From Octopus vulgaris (Eukaryota): a DNA stretch of 64,000 bases. Position 1 is the first letter of the stretch; every line of letters starts with the position of its first letter. This document shows positions 24,845 through 38,234 of this stretch, one piece after another. The notes beneath the pieces are model-generated. The model saw only the letters and a list, made by a program, of their open reading frames with translations, was not told the DNA's origin and ran no database searches. The stretch lies in the NCBI GenBank assembly GCA_951406725.2, contig OX597830.1, forward strand, positions 24,428,001 to 24,492,000. The letters run 5' to 3'. Both the position numbers and the translations under genes were made by a program.

Positions 24845-27696
24845 GAATTTCCGAACGCTCCATTGTGGACATGGTCAAACAGCGACGGATCTTCCAGGTC
24901 ATATTTAGATAGAATTCTAATTAGAAAAGTAGACAGTAAAATAGCTAAGTGTCCACAGTTTTACCCGATCAGCTACAGTGATCATAAAATGGTCACTTGT
25001 AAGCTTGACATAGATAAGGTTAAAAATAGAGGATCCGGTTACTGGAAACTTAATACGTCCCTTTTGGCGATTAAAGAGTACAAAGACCGGATTAGGGATA
25101 TAATTCAGAGGGCACTATCTGGTACCATCATTAATAACAAATGGTGGTACGCCTTCAAACGAGCCATCAAGTTTGAGTCAATTAGATATAGCATAGGAGT
25201 AGTGGCTAGAGAGACTAGAAGGGAAACTACTCTAGTTAAGGAATTAGAGGAAGCCTTGAAAACTGGCTCTGCGGCTCAGGTGGCGTCCAAGAGACTGGTG
25301 TTAAACCAGCACCTCGAGGCCAAACACATGGGCTGCATTGTCAGGGCTAGAATCCGCCATATGGGATGTGAAGGAATCAACGCCGTGAGATGGGCCCGAG
25401 TGGTGGAAGCACAGCATGGTAACGATGCCACGATTCGATCTTTGACGAACCAACAAGGTGAGTTGATAAACGAACCCGAGATGTGTGAGGCCTTTCAGGA
25501 GCACTACGCTCAGCTTTTCGGTGAGTGCGGCGGACTGGATAGGAGGAGGGCCTTTACGGACCTACTCGACGGGCTGCCGCGCTTATTGGGGCGAGATGCG
25601 GAGGGCTGTGAAGGGCCAATCACGCCTGGGGAAGTGGTTGAGGCAATGGCGGACTGCGGCGCGGGCAAGGCGCCGGGTTTGGATGGTCTACCCTATGAGT
25701 TATATAAGAGTATGCCAGACTTGTTCGGGCACCTACTGGCGGAGGTCTATGCGAACTGGCAGCAGAACGGGCTTATACCCAGATCTGTGCGCCGGGGAGT
25801 AGTGACACTCGTCAGAAAGGACCCGAGCAAGGGGGAGTGCATTGATAATTTCAGGCCCATCACTCTGCTAAACACAGAGTTGAAGATTTTGGCCAAAGTG
25901 TTATCGAAAAGATTGGCGCGTGTCGCGGATGGTCTGATCGGGGAGGCACAGACATGTGCCGTTCCGGGCAGAACCATTCAGGATAATCTCCATCTAATGC
26001 GGTACACTATAGAGGGGTTTAATAGTGATTCTGGCAAGGGTGGGGCACTGGTCCATTTAGACCAATCTAAAGCATTTGATAGGGTCGACCATCGTTACCT
26101 GGTATCTGCCCTGGCACAGTTCGGGCTGAGCCTTGGCTTCCTCAGGTGGATTATCCAAATTTATGATAAAATCGACTCGGTAGTTCGGGTGAACGGCTTC
26201 TTGTCGAAGCCGTTCAAAATCAAACGCTCGGTTCGTCAAGGGTGTCCGCTCTCCCCGCTTTTGTACGTGATGGCTCTTGAGCCATTACTACGAAAACTGA
26301 GCGGCATCCCGAGACAGCCAGGTAATGGAAAATCAGTGTCAGCGTACGCGGATGACATCACCATCATCGTAACCGAAATGGACCACCTATGTAAAGTAGG
26401 CAAGGCCATAGAGGTTTACGAGACGGTGACAGGAGCAAAAGTTAATCGCGAAAAGTCAGTCGGCTTACAACTCGGCACCTGGAGAGGCAAGTCGATGCCT
26501 CCTGACAGCGTCGTGGGACGTTGGACGGAGGATCCGATTAAATTGCTAGGGGTCTGGTTCGGTCCAAACCTCCAAATAGAGAAGAATTGGGGCGAGGTAA
26601 CGAGCAAGGTGGCTGCAGTAGCCAAGACCTGGTCTTGGCGGTGGCTATCCCTGAAAGGGAGGGCGGAGGTGGCCAATGTGTTTATCGCATCGGTTATCAC
26701 CTACCGCCTTTCCGTCGTTCCTTGCCCTGATTCGTGGTTGATCAAGTTGGAAAGACAGCTCTTCTACTTCTTGTGGAAGGGCGGGAAACCACTTGTGAAA
26801 CGCTCTACTTGCTGTCAACAACCGTTAAAGGGTGGGCTAGGGATGCCTTGGCTGATGATGCGCAGACATGCGCTGAGGTTAAGACATCTGTGGCTCTATC
26901 TGGATGGTGAACGGGTGTGGTCTCCGCTAGCAAAACTGATGTTTCCCAAGTTCACTAGTTTCGGTGGATGGGAAACCTGGCTGAATCGTAGATCGAAACC
27001 TGGTTCTTGGTACACGGAGTGTCGCAAGGCTCTCCTGCTATTCCGTCGCTCGGGTAACGCCTGCGGTGGGGGTTCCACCACATTCTTCTATAGAGGGTTG
27101 GTAGAGGCGGAATGTGAAGATACCTTGGGAGAAGCCCTAGGTCTCGACGATAATCAGCTGGCCAGTCTGTTCCGACGTACGTTCAAGCCGAAGACACTGG
27201 ACAACTTCCAGAAGTCTCTGGCATGGCAATGCTACAGAGGAGCTCTACCTGTTCGGGATAAACTCGCAAGGCACGGTGGCCAAGACAGTCCGATATGTCC
27301 AAGATGCGGGCGGGATAGGGAAACCGTCCCGCACGCTATTGTTCATTGTCCGGACGTGTCTGAGGTGTGGGTTTATGCCGAACAGCTGTTGTCAGGTACA
27401 CGAAGAGTACAGCTGTCGACTGAGTCGATTACAAAAATTGACCCACCGGATTTCCTCGTAATGAAGGTAAGTTTCGTTTTCTCGTTGTAGTAACAATTGC
27501 GAAAGAGGTGATATGGAAGACGAGAATGAAAGGTCTACAGTCAGGCAAGTTCATCTCCGGCCCTGGTTTGATGAATTATTTCATCTTTCACCTGAAAAGG
27601 AAGATAGGGCTGGAGAGAATATGCCTGACTAGGAGAGTGTATGAAGAACGATGGAAAGATGTAGCACGAAAGTTGCGAGTGAAAGATACAACATAA
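24845..27696 (+). CDS. Tx1/L1-clade ORF2 (5'-truncated AP endonuclease, reverse transcriptase, C-terminal zinc finger); one frameshift near 27460
   Basis: Endonuclease end WTW...SYLDRI...SDH; SGYWKLN; RT motifs GKAPGLDGLP, NFRPITLLN, LDQSKAFDRVDH, RQGCPLSP, YADD (26345); GGLGMP; CPRC...ETVPHAIVHC. The frame resumes as VIWKTR and stops at 27696. Confidence 0.93.
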
Positions 27697-27939
27697 ATGT
27701 AAAACCAAGCGTAACCAAAAGTATCAGTGGGGAGGCGGGGTTCGTGGGGTCCGAGCTAAACCCGCACCCACTCCACCCGTAATGTCTTCCGGTCTGTTCC
27801 ATCATTCGATTTTGTGTCTATTTTGTAATTTCATGTAAATTTTTAAATTCGTTTTATTGTAAAAACCCATTCGTGTGTCTGACCCCACATCAGATTGTAT
27901 TGTCCCATCTATGTTCGCCCCTAGTGGGTAATAATAAAA
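24845..27939 (+). mobile_element. Tx1/L1-clade LINE, 5'-truncated, young
   Basis: Long open ORF2 plus a ~240-bp 3' UTR ending GCCCTAGTGGGTAATAATAAAA. Confidence 0.92.
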
Positions 27940-28250
27940 CAACATGGAGAAAAGCACCTTCGAAAAGTGTCTTGGTGGGACTATGAAAGATATCTAATCA
28001 GAGGCGGTAAATTCGCCACAATAGAAGCAAGGTTCGAGTCAACGGAGCGTGCAAGGGAGTACTCGACTCGAACTTGCAAAGTGGAAATATTTTAGTTTTA
28101 CCTTCATATCTGGGACGTAGGATGTCCCGGAAAAAAATTTTAAATACCCCCACCCCCACCCCCGAAGTAGAGGTAGGCTGGATTGTAGCCACACTTCTAT
28201 ACAAGAGGGAGGACAAGATACAATTGATCGAAATTACAAGAGACGGGCTA
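27940..28250 (+). pseudogene. Tx1-like ORF1 fragment
   Basis: LQSGNILVLPSYLGRRMSR...PEVEVGWIVATLL aligns by eye with IEGDEWMLLPCTPGKKLVK...PMIEPEWVIVGIL at 2266-2520. Confidence 0.65.
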
Positions 28251-28396
28251 ACAATTCCAGTCTGTTATGTATTTTGAGTATTGTTATCACTAGCGATATC
28301 AAGATATAACTTTGTATTTTGTATTTTATGTGTAGATGTATATATATAGATGTACATGTAATATATACACATATATATATACTCATATATACATGC

Positions 28397-28438
28397 ACTA
28401 GCACTATGACCCGGCAACGACGGGTCTTTAATGCTAGT
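28397..28438 (+). mobile_element. Helitron-like 3' terminus (hairpin plus CTAG)
   Basis: GACCCG-GCAACGA-CGGGTC then TTTAATG-CTAG|T. A CTAG also lies on the left, so orientation is ambiguous. Confidence 0.6.
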
Positions 28439-28710
28439 ATATATATATATTTAATGCTAGTATATATATATATATATATATATATACAGGCACACAACCA
28501 CTGCACAAGTGCAAGTTTATCCACACACACACACACACACACGCGCGCACATACACACACATGGATGCATGCATACGCGATCCACTTTAGACAACCACAG
28601 ATCATGTGATCTGGTTTTGATTGACACAAAAGAACCTTGCTACTTCGTTAGTGACCGGCTTGAATTCAGCAATGGAAAAACACTTAAACAAATCACAATG
28701 AAATAACATA

Positions 28711-29004
<294 letters not shown>

Positions 29005-29618
29005 ATATGCAGTCTGAAGTAAGACAATACTGCAGAAAGCTCGTGACAAGCATGACTTGATTACAAAAAAGCATTAGATCTTGTTACTTACTAATGGTAA
29101 CTAGACTGAATGCAATTGGTAAAAATACCCGCTGACCTATTTACTGTCGTTGAAAGTTTCACAGAGATCTAATCAACAATTTTCACTATTCTTAATGGAA
29201 AGCAGAATGATCGTCTACGGTATTTCATGTCTTTAAAAAAAACAAAAAAAAGGAGACTGATTATGCTTTTATTTACTAAATTTTGGCTCTAAATTTACGG
29301 TAATTTCTTTTAACAAAAATCCAGCATCTACTATCAGGGTCTATCTACTAATCTACTACACTATGTTTCACCATTATAACTCACAATTTGCGAACGATCT
29401 AAACATTTACACCTGGAAATATGTATAAAACGGAGTAAGAGCTGGATTTAATGACAACAGTTTATATGTGTGTGTGTATGTGTGTGTGTATTTGTGTATG
29501 TGCGTGTGCGCACGCGTATATATATATAGGGAGAGTCCACGAATAAAACAAAAGTCGAAGACAGGTGGTGTACAAAACAAACAGATGTATTAGTATAACG
29601 TTCAGGAATAGAAAAAGT

Positions 29619-29654
29619 CTTTTACATTTCGAGCATACGCTCTTCTACAGAAAG
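29619..29654 (-). ncRNA. Variant minimal hammerhead-like motif in a TA-flanked unit (~29528-29725)
   Basis: Minus strand CTTT-CTGTAGA-A-GAGC GTAT GCTC-GAAA-TG-TA^-AAAG; core position 6 is U instead of A. Confidence 0.55.
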
Positions 29655-30087
29655 GGACACAGAAAAAACAAGGAGAGAAACAAGGAGAGACAAATAGTGT
29701 ATGTAGTGGCTAACGATCTATCAGGGTGGATATTCCATATATATATATATATATATATATATTAAGCAGAAGATCAAATTGCCATTTAGCTAAATCTGAA
29801 TATACACTTCTTTATACACATCTGTGATGGCTCCCATTGGTAATGCTTTTACCTATATATGCATAAACGCAATTCTTTTCCCAAATAAATTGCACGGGCT
29901 TCTTTCAATTTTCGTCTACCAAATCTACTCACAAAGCTTTGCTCGGCCCGAGGCTATAGTGGAAGATACTTGTTCAAGATGCTACACAGTGGGACTGAAC
30001 CCGGAACCATGTTGTTGGGAAGCAAGCTTCTTACCACACAACCACTCCTGCGCCAATGTATGTATGTGTTTATACGTACATACATAG

Positions 30088-30156
<69 letters not shown>

Positions 30157-30227
30157 ATTTACAAGATAAGGGCAGAAGAAAAATTCTAATGCCAGATACG
30201 CCGAAACAAAAAATTGACATATGTATA

Positions 30228-30279
<52 letters not shown>

Positions 30280-30826
30280 CGTTCTTTGTATAGATATATG
30301 CGGAACGTATATTTGCATATTTATTTGTAACATATCTAGACAGGTTCACATGCAAAATATGCCGGGTGCTAGCGCGCATGTCTTGGGAGAATTAGTTCTC
30401 CCTTCTGGACATCAGTCTGTTCAACAACCTCGTCTCATTGGCAAAGGGCATTCGGGGACTGGGGTGTTTCGGCACCTTATACCTCGTCAGCCAGACGTAT
30501 CCGGAAGTTTGAGGTTTGGGAAAACCGCTGTCTTTCTTTATCATTTTAACGAACAGAATTGATTTCTAATCGGTGCTTAAACCTGCCAACCGATAAAATA
30601 TCTTTGTATGAATAGTCTACAGTGATATCAAGAATGAATAATTACATATCTATTCTTAACATGCCTAGTTTCAGGCGCAAAATAGGCTGGTCATTTTAGT
30701 GCATATAGATAAAAGTAGATAGACAGACAGACAGAAAGACGGACGGACGGACAGACAGACAGACAGACAGAAAACAGACACGTACGTATATATTTGTATG
30801 CGTATACACATGTATTGGAATATATA

Positions 30827-31043
30827 CGAGGGGTTGCTAAAAAGTTCCTGGCTTTAAAGGTATTGAGAAAAGCCTAGTTGGAGGTCCAAGCTTCTGACTT
30901 TTTTACGGGACTTGGAAAAAAATGAAGGACAACTGCTATAGGAATGTGAAGCTGTGAGAGGAATATGTTGAATGAAATCAGGATGAACTGATCCTCCTGT
31001 ATTTTCTTTTACCCGGATCAAGGAACTTTTAACAACCCCGCTA
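30827..31043. mobile_element. ~220-bp mariner-type MITE
   Basis: TA|CGAGGGGTTGCTAAAAAGTTCCT and AGGAACTTTTAACAACCCCG are imperfect TIRs. Confidence 0.7.
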
Positions 31044-31061
31044 TACGTGTGTGTATATATT

Positions 31062-31475
31062 CTTTTATTCTTTTATACTTTTACATATTTTAGTCATCTG
31101 ACTGCAGTCATGCTGGAGCACCGCCTTCAAGAGATGTTTCGTCGAACAAATCGACCCCGGGACTTATTTCTTTAGCCTAGTACTTATACTATCGAAAGTC
31201 ATTTGCCGAACCACTAAGTTACAGGTACGTAACACGCCAACACCAGTTGTCAAGCGCTGATGGTGGCACAAACACAGACAAAAGCACACACACACATACA
31301 TACACACACACACACACATATATATATATCGGGCTTCTTTCAGTTTCCACTCACACGTCTTTGCTCAGACCGAGGCTATAGCGGAAGATACTTGCCGAGG
31401 ATGCTATGCAGTGGGACTGAACCTGGAACCATGTAGTTGGGAAGCAAGCATCTTACCACACAGCCACACCTACAC
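31062..31475 (-). mobile_element. SINE family A, diverged
   Basis: Collinear with 1415-1820. Confidence 0.85.
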
Positions 31476-31879
31476 CTAGGTGTGTGTGTGTGTGCGTGTG
31501 TGTGTGTGTGTGTGTGCGTGTGTATGTGTGTGTGTGTGTACATACACACATATATATAATTGTTCTTTGTATCGTCTACAGAGATATCCGGAACGTATAT
31601 TTGCATATCTATTTGTAACACATCTAAACAAGGTGCCACGCAGTGGGATTGAACCACAACCTTTGAGGTTGGCAAGCAAGCCTCTTACTACACAGCCACT
31701 CCTGCACTTATTATCAGCTATTTTAGAAATAATCATTAAATTTTAGTATTCTCAGGAATAGTCACGGTTACAACGCTTCTGAAAAGAAACCTGTTTGATT
31801 AGCACCAGAGTGGATCTGTCATTAAGAAGAAAGGAACACCGTGCAAACAAAATTTTCAGTTAAAATATTCTTAGACACA

Positions 31880-31931
<52 letters not shown>

Positions 31932-32385
31932 TACATACACACATACAGAACACAGAGAGTCGATATTTTCTAACGGAAATCATTAACTCCGCTTATTTCC
32001 TGTCCACCATTACTGATTATTCTCGATAAAACCATTTCCTCTTTTTCTTCCCCTTTGAAAGGCGTGTTCCTTCTTCTCTGTTCCCATCCATCATGACAAA
32101 GGATATCTATCCGAAACATCGATATCGCTTGCTTTAATCAACAGCACAATATATTTGCTTTTTAAACCACTTCTTTGTTTATTTTGGGTTTTCGGTATTG
32201 TTCTTCAACTGCTTTTACTCATGAACCATTCACGATATATTTATTGATTGCGCTGAGTAAGACGGAAACCAAGTTACAGATATTGGCTTTCGTTGACTAG
32301 TCCTGCGAGTTTACATTTGGAAGAAAGAAGAAATATCTGGTTTTAAATATTCCATCAATCTGTCTATTTGTCTTCTCGTCTGTAT

Positions 32386-32440
<55 letters not shown>

Positions 32441-32455
32441 TTACATATACATATA

Positions 32456-32613
32456 CAGATGTGGCTGTGGGGTAAGTAGCTTGCTTACCAACCACATGAT
32501 TCTGTGTTCAGTCCCACTGCGTGGCACATTGGGCAAGTGTCTTCTACTATTGCCACGGGCCGACCAAAGTCCTGTGAGTAGGTTTGTTAGACGGACACTG
32601 AAAGAAGCCTGTC

Positions 32614-32688
<75 letters not shown>

Positions 32689-32900
32689 ATGTTTGTATGT
32701 GAGTGCATTTGTCCCGCACCATCACTTGACAACTGATGTTGGTGTGGTTACGTTCCCGTAACTTAGCGGATCGGCAAAAGAAACCGATAGAATAAGTACA
32801 AGGCTTACGAAGAATAAGTCCTGGGTCGATTTGTTCGACTAAAGGCGGTGCTCCAGCATGACCACAGTCAAATTACTGAAACAAATAAAAGAATAAAAGA
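32456..32900 (+). mobile_element. SINE family A
   Basis: Collinear with 11034-11515. Confidence 0.88.
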
Positions 32901-32974
32901 ATATATATATGCATATATGTGTGTTTGTGTGTGTGTATGTATATGTATAGATGTGTGTGTGTGTGTGTGTGTGA

Positions 32975-33018
<44 letters not shown>

Positions 33019-33341
33019 AAGAAATCATTGGGGCGAATTCTGACCGAAAATATTTCGTTCTGCTAACAATACAGACAAACAAGTTATTAAAATTAAGTAC
33101 CAGGGAGAGAGGAGGGGGTGAGATAGAATAATCTTCTAATCTCTCAGATTTGTCTTTTTTCTATCAGTCATTAGACTGCGGCCATGTTGGAGCATTGAAT
33201 CTCCAGCACTTATTCAATTTCTTTTTTATTAAGCTTGGTATTCATTCCATCCGTTTCCTTTTACCAAGCTGCTAAGTTAAGGGGACATAAACACACCAAC
33301 GCTAGTTGTGAAGCAGTGGTGACGGACAAACACAGACACAG

Positions 33342-33373
<32 letters not shown>

Positions 33374-33450
33374 ACACACGCACACACACACACACAAGCA
33401 CACACACACATACATACATACATACATACACACATATATATATATATATA

Positions 33451-33551
33451 TATATTTAAACACATAAGGAATCCACTTGTAGGAATTCTACACGCTAGAA
33501 ACAACACCGTGTAGAATTCTTATAAGTGGATTCCTTATGTGTTTAAATATA
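33451..33551. repeat. 44-bp inverted repeat with a 13-nt spacer
   Basis: 33451-33494 pairs with 33508-33551; two mismatches. Confidence 0.9.
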
Positions 33552-33743
33552 CACTATATCCTATGACTAATATATAGTCATTTTGACTAAATCTTTACAC
33601 ATTAGACCTCTGGAAAGGTAAATTTTAATTTATTTCCATTTCCCTTTGATAAGATTATATATATATATATATATATATTATTTCTATTTGGGTATTTATG
33701 GAATTCAATATTTTTTACTACCTTCCATATATTATCTTCTAGA

Positions 33744-33789
<46 letters not shown>

Positions 33790-34533
33790 CAATTTGATAA
33801 ATAAAACATTTGCATACATACATACATATATGTACACACCTACATCTATTTGTATATATACATGCATATATGAGTAGAGGACACCACAAATAAACGTAGA
33901 ACACAACGAGAAACGAAAACATAAAATCAAACAAGGAAACGGACTTTTTTTGAGAACGAAAAAACAGAGTACAGGACAAACAATACAAAGAATATTCCCC
34001 TTCATCAGCTGCCCCTGTTTCGACTCATATATATATACATAAACGACGGGCCCCCTTTCAGTCTCTGTCTACCAAATCCACTCACAAGGCTTTTCTCGGA
34101 CCGAAGCTATAGTAGAAGACACTTGCCTAAGGTGCCACGCTGTGGAACTGAACTCGGAACGATGTGGTTGGGATGAAAGGTTCTTACCACACAGCTACGA
34201 CACACAAAAGGCCAATATACACAAATTACCTGAAAATATCTTCTAGTTAACTAACCAGAAAACTTAAGCTGAGAAAACTTAATACTGAGATAATGATATT
34301 AACGGTTTCAAATTTTGGCACAGGGCCAGCAATTTTAGGGCTATGAATTTAGTCATTTCGTTGACCCCAATACTTCATTAATATGTTATTATTTTATCGA
34401 TTCCAAATTTATGAAAGGCAAAGATGACCTTAGCGGGATTTGAACTCAAAATGTAAAAGACTCGGAGCAAACACCGCAATTTATATTTGCAACGCTTTAA
34501 TGATTCTCCCTCTCCCTCTCTCTCTCTCTCACA

Positions 34534-34574
<41 letters not shown>

Positions 34575-34770
34575 TCTTTTCTACTCTAGGCACAAGGCCC
34601 AAAATTTTGGGGGAGGCGGGCAAGTCTATTATATCGACCCAGTGCGTGACTGGTACTTAATTTATCGACCCCGAAAGGATGAAAAGCAAAGTCGACCTCG
34701 GCGGAATTTGAACTCGTAATGTAAAAGCAGACGAAATACCGCTAAGCATTTCGCCCCGGCTCGCCGCCTT
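34575..34770 (-). mobile_element. SINE family B monomer (tail B); an older copy lies at 34305-34510
   Basis: Reverse complement of head, core and GGGCCTTGTGCCTAGAGTAGAAAAG tail. Confidence 0.85.
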
Positions 34771-35177
34771 CTCTCTCTAATAACAATAATGTAGGATAAC
34801 TAGTGGAAAATTACCCAGAGACGCCTCTCCGCTGCATGGTAACTTAATAGTAAAGTGCGTGTTAATATACCAGATTTAAGGAACCAAGAAATTTTGATAA
34901 ACTGAAATTCAACTGGACTAATAAAAATAAAGTGTATCAACATCAAGTGTATAAACAAATGTATTAATAACAGCTGTATAGTGAGTCAGCAAGTCATATT
35001 GATGTTTTTGTTTAGCTGTAGGGAAAGTCTGATTGATCAGATCCATAATCGAAGGCATTCCAGCTACTGTAGCTATGACAACCATATATTTTCGATTTTT
35101 GTTTTGTTTTGTTTTTGTAGAATTCACGTAAGACTATACTATCCTTTCCTCCCGGGACGTTGGTAGGAATAAAAAGC

Positions 35178-35490
35178 GACACTCCGTTGGTTGCGACGAC
35201 GAGTGTTTCAGTTGATCCGATCAACGAAACAGTCTGTCTGTGAAATTAACGTGCAAGTGGCCGAGTGCTCCTCAGGCACGAGTACCATATTAGGGACATT
35301 CAGCTTTGACACAAGAATGTGACAATGTTGGCCCTTTGAATTACAGGTACATCTTATTTTTGCCAACCGAGTAGACTGGAGGAACGCAAAGTAAAGTATC
35401 ATGTTCAGGGACAAAACGCACCGCCGGGTATCGAACGCAGGACCTTACGATTGTGACCCGAATACCCCTAACCACGAAGTCACGCGCCTT
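35178..35490 (-). mobile_element. SINE family C-like, diverged
   Basis: CACTCCGTTGGTTGCGACGAC...GTGAAATTAACGTG shared with 6508-6580; tRNA-like head at ~35430-35490. Confidence 0.75.
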
Positions 35491-36163
35491 CACGGTGGTA
35501 TGGCAGCGCTTTAAGGAAGATTTAACTGACATTGTGAATTGAAATGCAACTTGTATTTACGTTCTGAATTTGAACTCAGAGCGTGGAGACAGACGAAATG
35601 GCGCGAAGCATTACACCGAGCGTGCTAACGACTCTGCCAGCCCACCGCTTTAATTATTTTAGATAATTAAAAATTTTATTGAACTAATTCTTATCAACGC
35701 TGGCTACAGTCTGATCCTCTTTCGTTTTTAGTGTTTGGCCTCGTAATAAAAAAATTCCGCTGCAATAAATCTTTTATCTGTTTCATTCTTTAAACTGCGG
35801 GCCATGCTGGGGCATCACCTTGAAGAATATATCAGTCAAACGAATCGGCCCCAGTACTTATTATTTTTTCGTAACACCTGGTATTACGGATCTCTTTTGC
35901 CGAACTGCTATGTTACAAGGACGTAAACACACCAACACCGGTAGAGAGAAACAGACACAAGCATACACACACACATTTATATATATATAAATTGTATATA
36001 TTTTCTAGATGGTATAATTTAATTTTTCATTATTGAATTGATAAAAGGTGTTTTTTTTCTAATTTATATATATATACATATGTATATACACACATATATA
36101 TACATATACATATATAAATATATACATATATATATACATATATACATATATATACATATATAC

Positions 36164-36210
<47 letters not shown>

Positions 36211-36217
36211 TAAATGC

Positions 36218-36264
<47 letters not shown>

Positions 36265-36353
36265 TATACATATATATATATATATATACACACACATACA
36301 TATATATATATACACATATATAAACATATATACACACATACATATATATATAT

Positions 36354-36391
<38 letters not shown>

Positions 36392-36392
<1 letters not shown>

Positions 36393-36553
36393 GGCGCAGG
36401 CATGTGTGGTAAATAGCTTGCTTACCAACCTCATTGTTGTGGGTTCAGTCCCACTGCGTGGCATCTTCGGCAAATGTCTTCTACTATAGCCTCGGGCCGA
36501 CCAAAGCTTTGTGAGTGGATTTGGCAGACAGAAACTGAAAGAAGCCCGTCGTG

Positions 36554-36584
<31 letters not shown>

Positions 36585-36585
36585 A

Positions 36586-36628
<43 letters not shown>

Positions 36629-36853
36629 CTGTGTCTGTGTGTATGTTTGTGTATCTGTGTTTGTCCCCCCACTATCGCTTAACAGCCGATGTTGGTGTGC
36701 TTATGTCCTCGTAAACTAGCGTTTCGGCAAAATTGACTGATAGAATAAGTACTAGACTTGCAAATAATTCCTGGGGTCCATTTGGTCGACTAAAACCGGT
36801 GCTCCAGCATGGCCGCAGTGAAATGACTGAAACAAATAAATTAATAAAAGAAT
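36392..36853 (+). mobile_element. SINE family A
   Basis: Collinear with 11034-11515. Confidence 0.88.
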
Positions 36854-36861
36854 GAAAAAAT

Positions 36862-36897
<36 letters not shown>

Positions 36898-37173
36898 GTA
36901 TATACATATATATATATATATACTAAGTGCTTTATTGCGTTTTTGGTCCAAGGCCAACAATTTCGGTGGAGTGGTAAGTCGATTACAAGAATCTCAGTGC
37001 TTGCCTGGTACTTATTTTATCGACTCCAAAAGGATAAAACTCAAAGTCGACCACGGCAGAATTTGATTTCAGAACGTAAGGACGGACGAAATGTCGCTAA
37101 GCATTTTGTCCGGTGTTGCAAGCAATTCTGCCAGTACGCCGTCTTGAGAACGTTTATATTATTAGTTTCAAAT

Positions 37174-37600
37174 GGCGGTGAGTTGGCAAAAAGGTTAGCA
37201 CGCCGGGCGAAATACTTTGCAGTATTTCGTCTGCCGCTACGTTCTGTGTTCAAACTTCGCGGAGGTCGACTTTACCTTTCATCCTTTCTGGGTCGATTAA
37301 ATAAGTACCAGTCACGCTCTGAGGTCGATATAATCGACTTAATCCCTTTGTCTGACCTTGTTTATCCTGTCTGTGTTTAGCCCCTTGTGGGTAGTAAAGA
37401 AATAGGTATTTCATCTGTCTTTACGTTCTGAGTTCAAAATCCGCCGAGGTCGACTTTACCTATTATCCTTTAGCCGAGGTCGACTTTACCTTTTATCCTT
37501 TCGGGGTCGATAAATTAAGTACCAGTTGCATACTGAGTTGATCTAATCGACTGGCCCCCTCCCCCAAATTTCAGGCCTTGTACCTCTAGTAGAAAAGATT
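37174..37600 (+). mobile_element. Dimeric SINE family B, complete
   Basis: Head-core-tailA-core-tailB; small internal duplication at ~37442-37500. Confidence 0.85.
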
Positions 37601-38125
37601 ATTAGTTTCAAATTTTAGCACAAGATCAGCAATTTCGGGAATAGGGCCAAGGCAAGTGAATCGACCCCACTACTCACTTGTTACTCATTTTATCGACCTC
37701 GGCAGCAGAAACGTTTATATTATTGCAAGGCATAAAACATTAGAAATTTTTGTTGATCTCCTTTTAAATAGACGTTCTGTTCAAAAATAAAAGGCAAAAC
37801 AATATATGAAATGATCAAATGATAATACAGCTTTTTGATAAAAAATATTAGATTGTAAACTCTTATATTGAGTTCCCCCTTGTTTATTATGACGTGTATG
37901 TGAGTGAGTGTATTAACGATAGGTTTCGTCGTGGTTTCCGTTAACCATATTTCACTGTTAAATTATTGGTCACCCAAGGGAAATGATAGATGGTGCGAAG
38001 TGAGGTCAGCCCCAGGCGTATTTCTTAACCAGACAGCCATGTCTTCGCCTATGAAGACATAAAATAATTGTCTAAACGCGGGCACAAGGTAAAGAGGGTT
38101 GGTCCGATTAAATCGCCCCCTAGTA

Positions 38126-38234
38126 TTTATCGAACGATGAAAGACAATGTTTATCGAACGATGAAAGACAATGTTTATCGAACGATGAAAGACAATGTTT
38201 ATCGAACAATGAAAGACAATGTTTATCGAACGAT
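38126..38234. repeat. 24-bp minisatellite (~4.5 copies) inside a family B SINE remnant
   Basis: Unit TTTATCGAACGATGAAAGACAATG. Confidence 0.9.
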
